From Amoebophrya sp. A120 (lineage: Eukaryota; Protista; Dinoflagellata), in NCBI GenBank assembly GCA_905178155.1, contig CAJINV010000002.1:6912743-6976742 (forward strand): a DNA stretch of 64,000 bases, given 5' to 3'. A program made the position numbers and the translations under genes. Shown one piece after another: positions 23,691 through 35,518 of this stretch (the stretch's first letter is position 1; the number at the start of each line of letters is the position of its first letter). The notes below the pieces were generated by a model, which saw only the letters and a list, made by a program, of their open reading frames with translations, made no database searches and was not told the DNA's origin.

Positions 23691-26152
23691 TATTTCCTTT
23701 TGTTAATGTGAAGCACGACGACGGATTATATCGGTATCGACTTCGACGCCCACAATTAAAAAAACAGAAAGATGAAAAAGCAGAGCAGCACTTTCGTTCA
23801 GTAACTACTTACATTGTTGAGATAGGATGCACGCGCAGCAATGGCATGAAAAACTGTATATTTTTCACTGATTGGCAATGGTAACAAGGAAGAAAGGTTG
23901 ATGTATCAAGCATGGCTCCTTCCCACCTTGAAGTCGTTTCATCCGCATAGCGCCACTTATTGTTTCTTTTCGTGTGCAGTATCAACACAAATGATGTCCC
24001 TGGCAGCAACGCACAAAGTACAATAATGATGATCCAAGGCAAGGAAGTAAGTAACCAATGACCGAAATGAGAAGTTGGATCGGGCGACAAGATTACGATT
24101 AGTTGTTCTATTCCCGGTGAGTTCGTGGATTGCGTGCACTCTTGGAAGTGATGGCTTTTCGGGTTATCCGACCAACTTCATGACTTAGCGCGCGGCCGCG
24201 CTGAGGTGTTCACTCTGCCGCCGCTCATGTCGTGGCGTCTTGATCGCAGTGGGCCCCTCTCGATCGACATCGAAAACAGGCGGGCGGGGGCGCATTTATT
24301 TACGCAGATCGAAGGCCACCGGCGCAGGGCTGGCGTTTGCCGTCGCAAAGTGCAGGGGCTCTACGTCGTGCGCCGCCCGCCCAACCGCTTGGGGTGCCTC
24401 CTGTGGGCCCCTTTTGCGATTCTACAAGGTCAAATGACAACTTTCGCCATTTCGTTCTCCGCGAAGTTGCGGAACTGGCGCGGCGCATGCAGAAAGACCG
24501 GCCGCGCCAGACCACCCGCGGCGCGGCGCCGGAGTGGCGCCGCCATGGCCCGCTTTCGTTGCGCGAGAGCAGCCCGGCGCGTCTCGACGCCGGCCGGCGC
24601 GCCCGTTCCTTCTTTGGGGCTTGTCTGCGCCCCGCCCGCGCGCCGGGCGCCAGCATGCCAGCCCGCCGGCCCGCGCCTGGGTGGTTTGTTATCGGGGGGT
24701 GGGGCCCTCTGCTGGTCTGTCCGGGGCGAGCGTGCATCCTGCTCAAGGTGGTCCGGAGGCTGCACTCCCTGTGGGGGCAGAGGCGCCGGCGGAAGAATCG
24801 CGAGGCTCGTCCTTAGGGTTGGCGCGAGCAAAGTGGAAGAAGCCTCCAAGACATGCGCCACCTTCGCAGAGGAGCACGAGTGACCGGCGCAAGCCCCTGC
24901 GCCTGTTTTCGCCGCCGCGCGCCGGCATTGCCTGCCCGCCGAGCCGACCGCGCTCGTATTTTGGCAGGCCGGCGGCGCGCGCGCTGCCCTGCGCGTTTCT
25001 TCCCGGGCTGCCGCCGGCCGGCCGGCCCGCCCCCGCGCCTACGCCGCAACTCCGGGGGGGCGAGGGTGGCCGCCTGGCGTCGTCGGCGCCTTTGCCTGGC
25101 CCCTCTGTATGTTCTTGGGCAGCCCACCTCCTGTCTGGGTGTGCCCCGCCGGTGTTGCACCTTAGCCGCGCGCCCCCGCCCCCTTCGCCGGCGCCCCATC
25201 GGCCGCTCACTCTGGTCCCGCCTTGCCCAGCTTTGTTTTTTTCATTGCCTTCGCGGCCCTGCTTGTTTGACTGGGCATCGCCGCGCAGGGGGGGGGGCGT
25301 CAGCGCGCAGCGGCGTCGGCCATTCTTCCGATCCCGGGTTCGGGGTGAAGAACAACATTAGCCGCAGCCTTTTGGCGGGCCGCCGCGCGCCCGCGCGAAG
25401 CGCGCGGACGGATCTGTCCTCAGCATAGATACCTGCCTGTCATCTTGCTAGTTTTGTCCCTCCCGGGCAGTTGTGCGCGGTTTGTCAGTGTCATAACCTG
25501 TTCTATTGTGCCACGTTCTTCAGCGGCACTCCTGCGACAGCGACACCACCGATGGTCGGCAGTTTATTCCAATTCCTGCGTATTCCTTATGGAGCGCCGG
25601 ATATCATATTTGGTCAGACAGTGGAGGTTGAGAGGGCCATCGCTATCTCTTGTTGGTTACATGATGTTGACGCGAATGAAATCGATCATGAATCGTGCGA
25701 AATGAGGATGAGGGAGAGAGACAGCTTTTCCGAGCTTCGTTCATTGAGCGAGCGTCGTACTTGTGTGTGGTACATGGTAAAAACATCAAGTCAAGATGAA
25801 CTTGAAAGCAAAACAGACGTGACATGATAATCACGATACTCAATGTGAATATTTTGCTGCTCGGTTTTTCGCGCAGAACAGAACTTAGTTTCCTCGATCA
25901 TAGGGAAAGTCTGAGCTTTATTTACACCATAGAGGTTTGTGCTCATCTTGCCAGGAGACAAAATAAAGCCCCCGGCCATGATCGTTCGCTTCTGGTGAAA
26001 AAGGTGCGCCGCAGCCTCCCATGAAGGAATTCTCTCTGCCTGACGTGCTTCACAGCCGGGGGGACCGACCTATCAACCTGCACCAGTAGAGCGCAAGCGG
26101 TGACGGTGCCTCGCTGCGCACGAATAGGCAACATCACTAAAGAGGAGACGAA

Positions 26153-29100
26153 ATGGACGAACTCGAGAGCGTTCCGGCGATTCAAAGTGAGATCCGCGTC
26201 TCTTCCGCCTCAAGGTCCCCGCAAAACAAGAATTACAATCATGCAGCTGCAGGAACTGCTGGCGCAGCTACAGCTGGTACTTCGTACGGCACCGCCGGTG
26301 TAGTTGGCTCTCATGTAGTCCAACACGAGCACCACAAGCACAATTTCACTCACAACCCTTCCACCGCTTCTGGCACTACGACCTACCACTCGAATTCCAC
26401 GAATTCCGGTTCTGGTATTGGTGCGAACTCACTAGCCGACCACTTTCATGGCACTAACAGTCTACAGCATCGTCCTTCCTCCTACGGTTCCGGAGGTGGT
26501 CCTTCGCCGACAAAATCGTTACAGGGTGCAGGTGGTGGAGGAGCATATCAATATCATGCAGCGAACCCTGCAACGTCGGTGACCAAGGGAGCTGCAGCTA
26601 CAGCATCTTCAAAACCCCGTGGCGGCCAACATGCTGGCACGACTGGACGGCAGCAAGGCGGGGGTGGGTACTATTACGAAGCGGCGAGCAGTATGGATTG
26701 CACATTGGTACCGGACAGTGATGCAGCTCAAACGCAACATGTTGCTCACAAGAATATGCAACCGGCTCAGATGAAGGGACGACAGCAGACCTGGTCCTCC
26801 TCTTCCGCCAGCCCAGCTCCGGCTACTGCAGTAGTTGTTGCCAACAAAGGAATGAGCACAACGCCAACGCAAAAGCAAGGCAACGAAGTTGGCAAAGGAG
26901 CGGGAGTTGGAACAGCGGCGCAACATAGCGGAAAACCGGTGATTTCCGTCCCTGTCGACATCATGAAAGGCGGTAAGACCGGCGGACTCAATTCATCCTC
27001 CAAAAGCAAAAACTTTTCAACATCATCTGCACCTGGAACAAACCAGCAAGCTAACCCATACCACTACCACCCGGACCAGCGCGGCGCTGGAAAGCCATCT
27101 TCAGGCGGCAAGGGGGGCAAATCAGGTAGTAAAGGTGGCTCATATCAAGCGCTTTACACGTATGAGCAGGTGGATATCACGCACGGAGCCTCCACCTTGG
27201 TGGTGCCGTCGCCGGGGCAGCAGATGGCGCAGCAAGTCGTAGCTGCGGCAGGGCCGCGTGAGCAAGTCGTCGTGGTCGAGCATCCAAATAACCAGCCACA
27301 CGGTGGCAAGATCATGAGCGCAAATAAAGGCGGACCGCTGTACAAAGAACCAACTCCAGGTCCTCCTGTGTACAATACGTCCTCCCCGACTAAGAACGTG
27401 GAGGAATTTCTTGGGGCGAATTACGTCAAGGGAAAGGGACAGAAACGCCCAGCACCGCCGCCACCGGGGACGAGTAGCGCAGTAACGGTGGTAGTGCCGC
27501 CCCAACAGGAGGCTGGGGCTCTACGAAGAAATGTTACCGGGGGAACTGGTATTAAAGGTGCAGTTCTTCCGTGTGCGTTGCTTTGTGTTATTCTTAGGGT
27601 TACGATGACGAGACGAAACCGAAGCTCTTTATGAAAACGAAAATATAAAGCCTAAAGCTAAACAAGCACATCTAGAATCTGAAACTTTGTCCAACCGTCC
27701 ATCAAGGTACACCCGCCCGCACACTTTCAGACCTCCAGTCCACACCGCACAAGGTGCCGCCAGGGTTGGAACCGCCAGTAGCAGCAGGGCAGCGAAGCGT
27801 GAACCTAGTTGATCACCCGAGCATCACTCGAGTCGGAACCGCCCCGCTTTCCGAGGCCGGAGTTTCAAGCCGACACGGTTCTCGACGGCAAAGTCGCACC
27901 TTGGTGGATTATTTGGAGTCGCCGGACTGCAACAGTACTAGCGGCAATTTCAACACTTCTGCTGGGTCTGCTGCCCCTATTGGCGGTGGAGAAGCTGCAG
28001 CTTCAGCTTCTGGGCCGCAGCAACAAGGGAAAACCAAAAGTGGGTTTTTCTATCAAGAAGTCGAACTGTTGCCCAGATCGTCCTCTTCGGCTAGCAAGGG
28101 CGGGAATAAGGATAGCTCGAAGCCGACACCAAATTCGGTGGAGCACCAGCATGACACTGGCACAATCACAACGAAAGGTGCAGGTCGGAGCAAAAGTGGT
28201 AGAAAGGCTTTAGAAATCATCTCGGACAGCACGACAAGCAGCAGTAACAAGCAGCCCCGTGGCAAGACGCCATCCTCGAGCTCAAAGTCTACTTCGAAGC
28301 AGCCGAACAACAAAGGCCAGAATTCGTCCGGCGGTGGGGAAAACAATACGAAGATCAAGTCCACGAAAGACTCCAACGTGTACGGTGCGAACAGCAAGGG
28401 CGGGATGTACGATATGCAGCAGGAGCAGCATCGCGGCTCTACTCCAAGCAGCAAGTCGAAATCAGCTTCCGGCTTGTCGTCGAAAGGTGCAAGTACTGCG
28501 GGGATGAATTATGGGAAGCAACTAGCAGGAAGTGTTGATAAAGATAATCATGACCCGCACCTAGTGAACCTAACGGCGCAGTACCAGGACCCAACGCAGG
28601 CTGCAGTGTTGTATGACAGCCTCAGAATGGAAATCCTCAAAGTGGAAATGATTTGTGATGCATGAAATGCGACACCAAAAAGACTGTATTGCAGAGGACG
28701 CAATGGAGGCCGATTATTGTCCTGCCAGGGATGAAGAATTGGAGTGCTGCTTAGCACGAGAGAAGGGCACCCCTTTGCCTTAACCTGCATGACAGACATG
28801 CTTTAAGGGTCCGGAAAATTTGTCATGCGCCGACTACAAATGGCGCTTCAACTGGAGTCGTTTTTTTGCATCACAAAATTTCCACTTTGAGGATTTCCAT
28901 TCTGAGGCCTTCATATGTTGTCCACGCAGTCAACTCCCTCGAGCACGACGCATTTCAATGTTGCTTCTTCCGCAACTAGTGGCCATCCTAGTGGAATAAA
29001 GTTAAAGACCGGCGCTCTTCCGGGGAGAACGATGTCGTCTGGCCGCACACCGAAACACGTGCATCAATATTCCATTTCGACGACGTTTAGTACAGGAGCA

Positions 29101-32064
29101 GAACAACAACATCAAGCAGGTTCTTCTACTTCGAAGGGTGGTTCTTCAAAAGGGCAACACAACTCCAACCGAGGGGAGAGGCTGACTTTCTACAATTTTC
29201 CCGAGGGATGTCCGTTACCTTCTAAGCAGCAGATCTCGAGCGGCAAGGGCAGCACGGTTCCGAATTGCACACTGGAGCAATTTGATCAGGATATCAAAGC
29301 GGGGTCGGAGTATGACAATAAGCAAATGCAGCGGGTGCCGAAAGCAGTTGGCAGTGCTGTGAGTACTGCTTCGACCTCATCATCTGCAACTACGCTTGTT
29401 CATCTGGCGGGAGAAGATGCTGGTTCTGATGCAACTTCTTCTGCTGTGACTGAGAAACTACCTGCTCAGCAAGCACAATGTGCTCCGAAAATGAAAATAA
29501 AGCAGAAATTCGACTTCACCATTCTCCGCGAAATCGTGTGGAAGTACCTGGGATACAACGTGGAAGAGATGAAAGCCAAAACAAACAACTCTTTCCAGTA
29601 CGAACACTACAAGAAAGACTGCATTGCGTGGCTGCGGTTCTTGCTCTCCCAAGAATCGCAGAACTGCGAATGGAAGTTGGGCTACTTGCTTGCGATGTGT
29701 CTGAAGGAGGATTTTTCACCGGCGGAGGAAGAACAACCTGCGGAAGAGCAGAGTCCACAGGACGGCGCAGCGGGGGCTGCACCTGTAGAAGGTAAAAGCA
29801 CTGAGGTAGCAGGGGAACATGATCAAGATGCATCAAATCAGGCGGACAATAAAACCAAGGCCGCGGCGAGCACTTCTAAGTCAGCGTCGAACACAACCAC
29901 GACCGCCTCGACTTCATCGAAAGCGACGTCGAGCGCGGTGAACAAAACAAGTAACACGACGACCACAACTACGAACAATAAGCCGAGCATTCTCGAGTAC
30001 GTGCTGGATTCGCAAATGTTCTCGCTGTTGACGCAACTTTTCATCCAAGACACGAAAACGAAAAAAGTGGACGAACTGGAGCAGATTTTCCTACAATTGG
30101 GCGGCCGGAAAAAGAACTCGCACGTGCTGGCAGCGATGATTCGCGGATATGGGTGTAAAGGGTACTATAGAAATTCGAACTAGAAGTCGATGCGTTTAGA
30201 GTTTAGTATTTGACTGCTGATGCTTTTTCTTTACTCCAGCGTCATTTTTGGTTTTGTTCCTTTGTGATGCCTGCGGAGAATGAATCAAATCATACACTCG
30301 TCCCTTAACCCTTTTCATCACATCTGAAAGATTCCCCAATAACCTCTTCACCACAGCCACTGGAAATCTTCCCTGAAACTCTTTCTGCACGCCCGCGAGC
30401 GGCAATTGGATCCGGAGTCGAAGGATTACGAGTACCGCTATCTCTGCTACCAAGCGGCCTTAGACTGGGCCCTGCAGAACGAAATTTCCTTCATGATCTA
30501 CACAGTTTTGCGGTTTTGCCAGATCGACCAAATCCCCATCCGCTACCCCGGAGGAATCTCCAATAACAACTCCCTCGTGCAGCAACAGCACAGCGGTACT
30601 AACAATTCGAATTCTACTTCCAACGTTGCTCCCGCTAGTAGTACAACTCAGAACCAGGTGCACAGCAGCACGAATTATGCAACAGCTTGTGATAGCCATA
30701 ACCAACAGAACCCAAACGACCAACAAGCGCTGAATCACTGCTCCGGGCCAACTGTCGGTGGCGTAGATTTTGTTCGGTGGCCGGTGGAAGAGTTGAGGTT
30801 TATCTGGCCGGAGGAGCCGGGGCTAGGGGCGCCAAAGATCAAGTATTACGTCTCTCCCTCAACCCCGGAGGACAGAGTCGACGGAACCTTCAAACCCCTG
30901 CCAACGCACTGCATCGTCACCGATCCGCGGCTGGTGGAGTTAGAAAGAAGCGATCCGGAGTTTGCGAAGGAAATTTCCGCAGCGAACAACGGGGATGGTC
31001 GCGGTGTGACAGAAACGATAAACCAGCAGGCTGCACAGCATCACGCGGCCACAGTGAGCGCATTTCACCCTACAGGAGGTGCACCAGGTGCTGGTCCTGT
31101 CTACGGAGGTCCTCCGGCCGCTGAATTGTATCCAGGTCAGCAGATCACGTCGTACCCGTATCCCTCTCAGCACCAACACCCACCTGCGCAGGCTGCGGAG
31201 CACCACCGCGGCCACGGCCACCATCATCAGCAGCACCATTACGAACATTTCGCACCAGCTGCACTCTACCAAGAACAGGAATACCATGCACAACACCAGT
31301 ACTACGACCCCTACGCGGCGGCCGCTGCAGCAGCTTCCTACCACCATCACTACGACCCGGCAGGCGGAGGTACAGTAGATCCATACACAGGAGCCGCTCC
31401 CTACAACCCTCACGATTCCTCGTCTCTCCTTCACAACCAATCTACGCTGACCGGCGACAGCATCACGCCCATTGCGGCGGACCCAAACAACACCTCTATG
31501 CACGGCTTCTACCACCACGACCCGAATTGGAGTCAGGGACACGATTTCTGGCCTCTGTCGGTTGAACCCAGCCCGACTGGGGCGGAGGGCGGGCAGTTCC
31601 TCGATTTCAATAGGTATAGTACTCATGTTGAGTACAACAGCGGCGGTGTAGGACCAACATCTGCAGGTAGTTCTGGCGCCGGAATTATGGCTGCATCTTC
31701 AGCGGCTCCTGGTCATCTCGCGCAGCAACCTCCGCCGCCTTCGGTTGACAACACGCCCGCCGCGGCCTTTCACGAGTATTTCTACGCGGGACAGCAAGAA
31801 CATCAGGAACTACACCAGCAGCACCACCAGCCCGGTTCGTTTTCGCAAGAAGACTATGACAGTTACTACGCGCATTTGGCAGCTTCGATGGGTGCACCAG
31901 CTGGAGGACCCTATCATGGCGCGGAACCGTCTCCGATTGGATCGGAGGGGCACATCGATCCGAATTTCGGGTTTGAAACCTTTGAACGGCAGAACTCTTT
32001 GCTGGTGCTGGGAGAGGACCACGCGCTGTTGAAGAATAGCAGCCCGGGAACGCGTGCGGTGTGA
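26153..32064 (+). CDS. large low-complexity (G/S/Q/H-rich) protein with a PPR-like helical-repeat segment, ~1750 aa; join(26153..27557,27707..28611,28921..30161,30357..32064)
   Basis: Four ORFs are joined by GT-AG introns (27558-27706, with an alternative in-frame acceptor at 27730; 30162-30356) and one TAT..ATA element. Splicing creates AAMIRGYGCKGHWKSSLKLFLHARERQLDP, which is PPR-like. Confidence 0.72.
27558..27706 (+). other. canonical GT-AG intron (acceptor 27706 or 27730, both in frame)
   Basis: AAAG|GTGCAG donor; CAAG or TTCAG acceptor; AT-rich interior with stop codons. Confidence 0.6.
28612..28915. mobile_element. introner-like element, 304 bp, direct repeat TGTTG
   Basis: ~50-nt IR TATGACAGCCTCAGAATGGAAATCCTCAAAGTGGAAAT / ATTTCCACTTTGAGGATTTCCATTCTGAGGCCTTCATA. 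TGTTG at 28607-28611 and 28916-28920. Removal gives AAVL|STQ. Confidence 0.92.
30162..30356 (+). other. canonical GT-AG intron (195 nt)
   Basis: GTACT...CACAG; phase-2 junction gives CKG-HWKSS. Confidence 0.8.
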
Positions 32065-35000
32065 GAGGGAAGCGGGCTCCTGAGCAGGGAAGAAGCATGG
32101 TGTAGAAGTGGTGCCTCTCGCCTGTATTAAGAAGAGGAGAAAGTAGAGATCGACGCTTTTATTGTAGATGATTTGTCTTCAGTATCTAGGTCAACTCGAG
32201 TGGGATGTATGAATTGCTCGAAATTAATTTTTGTGATCAGAAACCGTAACCGAGGATGAGGTTGAGGATGGCCGCCGGGTTTTGATTGCAGGAATCCCGC
32301 TGATAGAGATAGACGGCCCACTACCTGTTACATTTTTGAATTTAGAATTAAATTCAGAGCTGCCCGTAGACTAGGAGCAGAAAAATGTAGTCGAGACGTA
32401 GCAACGCCCTTTTTGAGCACAAAAGTGAAGCGAGAACGACGCCCTTTTTGAAGCGAGAACGACGCCAGCCAAAACCTGAGCCGCAGCGGCATTGAACTAG
32501 CGCCGCGTCACGCCTCTAGTATGGAAAGTCAAATTTACTTTTTCAAATGTTGTATGTCCGCTAGCCGTGAAGATATGACACGATACGAGTACCGCTATTG
32601 TTCTCACGACTTGTGCTAGACAGACTTCTGAGAACTTACTACTTTACCTTTGTTTCAATTTTATTAGCACCAATCTATGATATTCTTATTCAGTATTCAC
32701 AAACACAAAAAGCTACACTGTAGTTAAGCAAAATTTGTTTGAAATGCACAATCAAGTTCAAGAACAGTATCTATCAGTTTCTGGCAATGAGCTTCTGTTT
32801 TTATTTTTTTGCCCCAAAAAATAACAAAGGCGAAGTCGATGTGTGAGTGTGAGTCGGCACCGCGCTCTACTAATGAACTATAACACCGAAAAACAATTCT
32901 TCTACGTTCTAGCGCCACGCTTTATTTATTCGACAACCAACTGCCTGGCAGCCAAAACCATGTACAATCAACACCAGCTTTTCGAAGACAGAGATACGAG
33001 TAAATTGATTTTCAATAATATCGCCGAGTAGCATGTCTATTTGCATCAACAGAGTATTCTTCGTGCACTTACCTATCCGTATCATGGTATGACAGATTTT
33101 TGAACGGGATGGAGATGCTGCAGATCTTTTAGCAACGAGGATTGCGAATGACATCAAGACTCGGGAATTCGAATTATTACAAGAACTTGTAAATAAACAG
33201 AAGCAGCACAGCACCAAGCAACCAGAGACAAAAGAAGAAGTCAGAAACTAGTATCAGAGCAACGATAGCAGCCACTTGTAGCTACGTGTAAGATTTTATT
33301 ACTATACTCCGACAAACAGTCTGCATCTTGAACTTCATTTCTAGAGTCGTTGACTGAATGATGGAAAAAACGCGAGCGGTGGCGGTGCTCATCGGCACCG
33401 CGCCGCAAAATAAGAGGAGAAACAAAGACAGGCGCGCCGGGAGTTTTAACAAGGGCGCGCGATGTTGTTGAATCAAAGTCATTATATGATAAATAACACT
33501 GCTCGTCGTGTTGTTCCCAAAAGATGGCAGGGCGACTAATGTTGTTCTTGTGGGCGGCAATGTCGCTGGTCGTGCACGTACATACCGGTGCTCCACGGCA
33601 GGTTCTTCTTCTGAAGGCTACTTTTATTCGACGATGTTCCGTGTCGCTTTCTTGTGTCTGTTGCCTAGTTTTCTCTACTTCCATCGCCACCGAGAACGAC
33701 GCGGCGCGGGCCGGTATGCCATCGCAGCGGCGGCGCGCGGCCATACCGCGACGCGGCAACAGGGCGGCCCCAGGGGTGCGGGTGGTGGTTGTGGCCTGGT
33801 GTTCCCGCTTTCTGGTTGCTGAAGAAGCAGCCTGCTGCGTTGCCGTCTCTGCCTGCCCCTGTGGGCCGACCGGCCAACCCAAAGGGCCCACCGGGCGCCC
33901 TTGGTGTTTTCGCTAAGTTGAGAGACCGGGCGCGGGGCTTTGGTTGCAGATACCCAAGCCCCCAAGCCTGAAAGTTTTGGCCAGGTCACGAGCGAAGGTC
34001 GCCAGCGGCGAGATTTGTGGACGCCCCTGCCTTCAAAAGCAGCCGCGGGGGAGCCAGAAGTTTCCGGCAAGCCCGCCGCCAATTGTGGCCCAGCCATCGT
34101 CTGGGGGGGGGGTGTGGCGCCTTCCGGCCCGCCTCCTTCCGTCCGCCGGGTTCTGGTGTTGGGCTTGGGGGTTCTTGTTGAAATCCGCCCGGCCGCGCCC
34201 CGGGGCATGTGTGCTTGCTAAAAGGTGGGCCGGGAGGAGACGACCCGCCGGCGCCGAGGTCCGCCGTGATGTCCTCGGAGCCTCGCCAAAGGTTTTCGAT
34301 CGGGCCCAGCGAAATCCGGGCGGGGCGCAGAAAGAGGCTCGCGGCGTCGGAGCTCAGAACCATTCTCGGAAGCAAGCGCCGTCGGTGCAGTGGAGGCGTT
34401 TGCCGCGATTCCGCGTCGCTGTCTGCGCGCTTTCCTCGTAAGTAGGTCGCGCGCTTTCGGCGGGGGGCAGGGCGAGGATGGCCCCCGGCCTAAGTGCCAG
34501 GATTCACCCAGCCGCGGGGGGGCCAAGCTCATCGACGCCAAGCCCATGAAAGAAAGCGCGCGCAACCGGCTGCGAAAATCGCAACACGGGCAGGAAATCG
34601 AAAACGGGCCCTGTCCATCCTTCAGCGATTACCGCGACCGGCTGCAGGCGCCTTGGGGCCCCCGGGTGTTGGAGTGGTACTTGGAAGAGGCCGAGCCGAA
34701 GGCGCAGGGCGTGACAAGGTCGGTTGGCGAACTTCAGCCGGGCCCCAGGAAGTGGCCCCATGGCTTGACCCGACGACAGGGGCCGCGCGCCCGGCCAATC
34801 GCCGCCATCGGCGGAATAGATTGGGGGCGCCGGCCAGGCTCGAAGTCGCAGCCTGCGCTATCTTCGGGCCGGCGCCGATCAATTTCCGCACCCCGCCCGC
34901 ACAGTATGAAGGGTGGGCGCCGCCACTGGCGCGCCGTCCGGCCGTCCCCCAAAAAATGCCGGGAGGGGCGAATGTGGAAAAGGAAAAGCGCGCGCGCGCC

Positions 35001-35518
35001 GGCAAGCAACCAAGTGGCGCCGGGCCCCGCCCGGGCCGGCTTCGCGCCGGGCGGCAGGATAGAGGCCGGGGGGCGCCCTTGTTCGTAAGGAACGAAGGGC
35101 AGCTAGGTTGCTCTTTTCCTCCGCCGTGTATTTTATGCGAAGGTGGGGCCTCAAGCTTTGTCGGCCTCGGCGCAGCAGTTGCCTTGCTTGCGTTTGACAA
35201 CAAAAGGGCCTGCTTAGAGAATACAGAGCGGACTATCATAGTGAAAGCATATATGTGCCCCCGTCCAATTGCACAATGTGGCGCCATGTCTCTGGTTGTG
35301 GTTGATGAAACAGTTCCGTCTCCGTGTTGTTTTCACGGACGATGTTCTCTTGACCCGTTCAGTATAAAAGCTTGAGCATCCTCTTTTTGGCCCCAACCTC
35401 AGAAAAATCAACCCAGACATCGCTCACAGACGCAGTCTCTCCTCGTGTATACCGCACAGTATCTTCTTTCTTGTTCTCTGAGTCTGAACGAACGCACAAC
35501 TGCGGAAATAAAGCCAAC

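Noticed and set aside
24200-25424. GCTGAGG / CCTCAGC inverted match bracketing a GC island
   Set aside because: Only 7 bp with no target duplication, too weak to call a TIR element.
32403-32466. Short tandem duplication GAAGCGAGAACGACGCC(CTTTTT)
   Set aside because: Only two copies of ~23 nt; ordinary slippage with no further structure.
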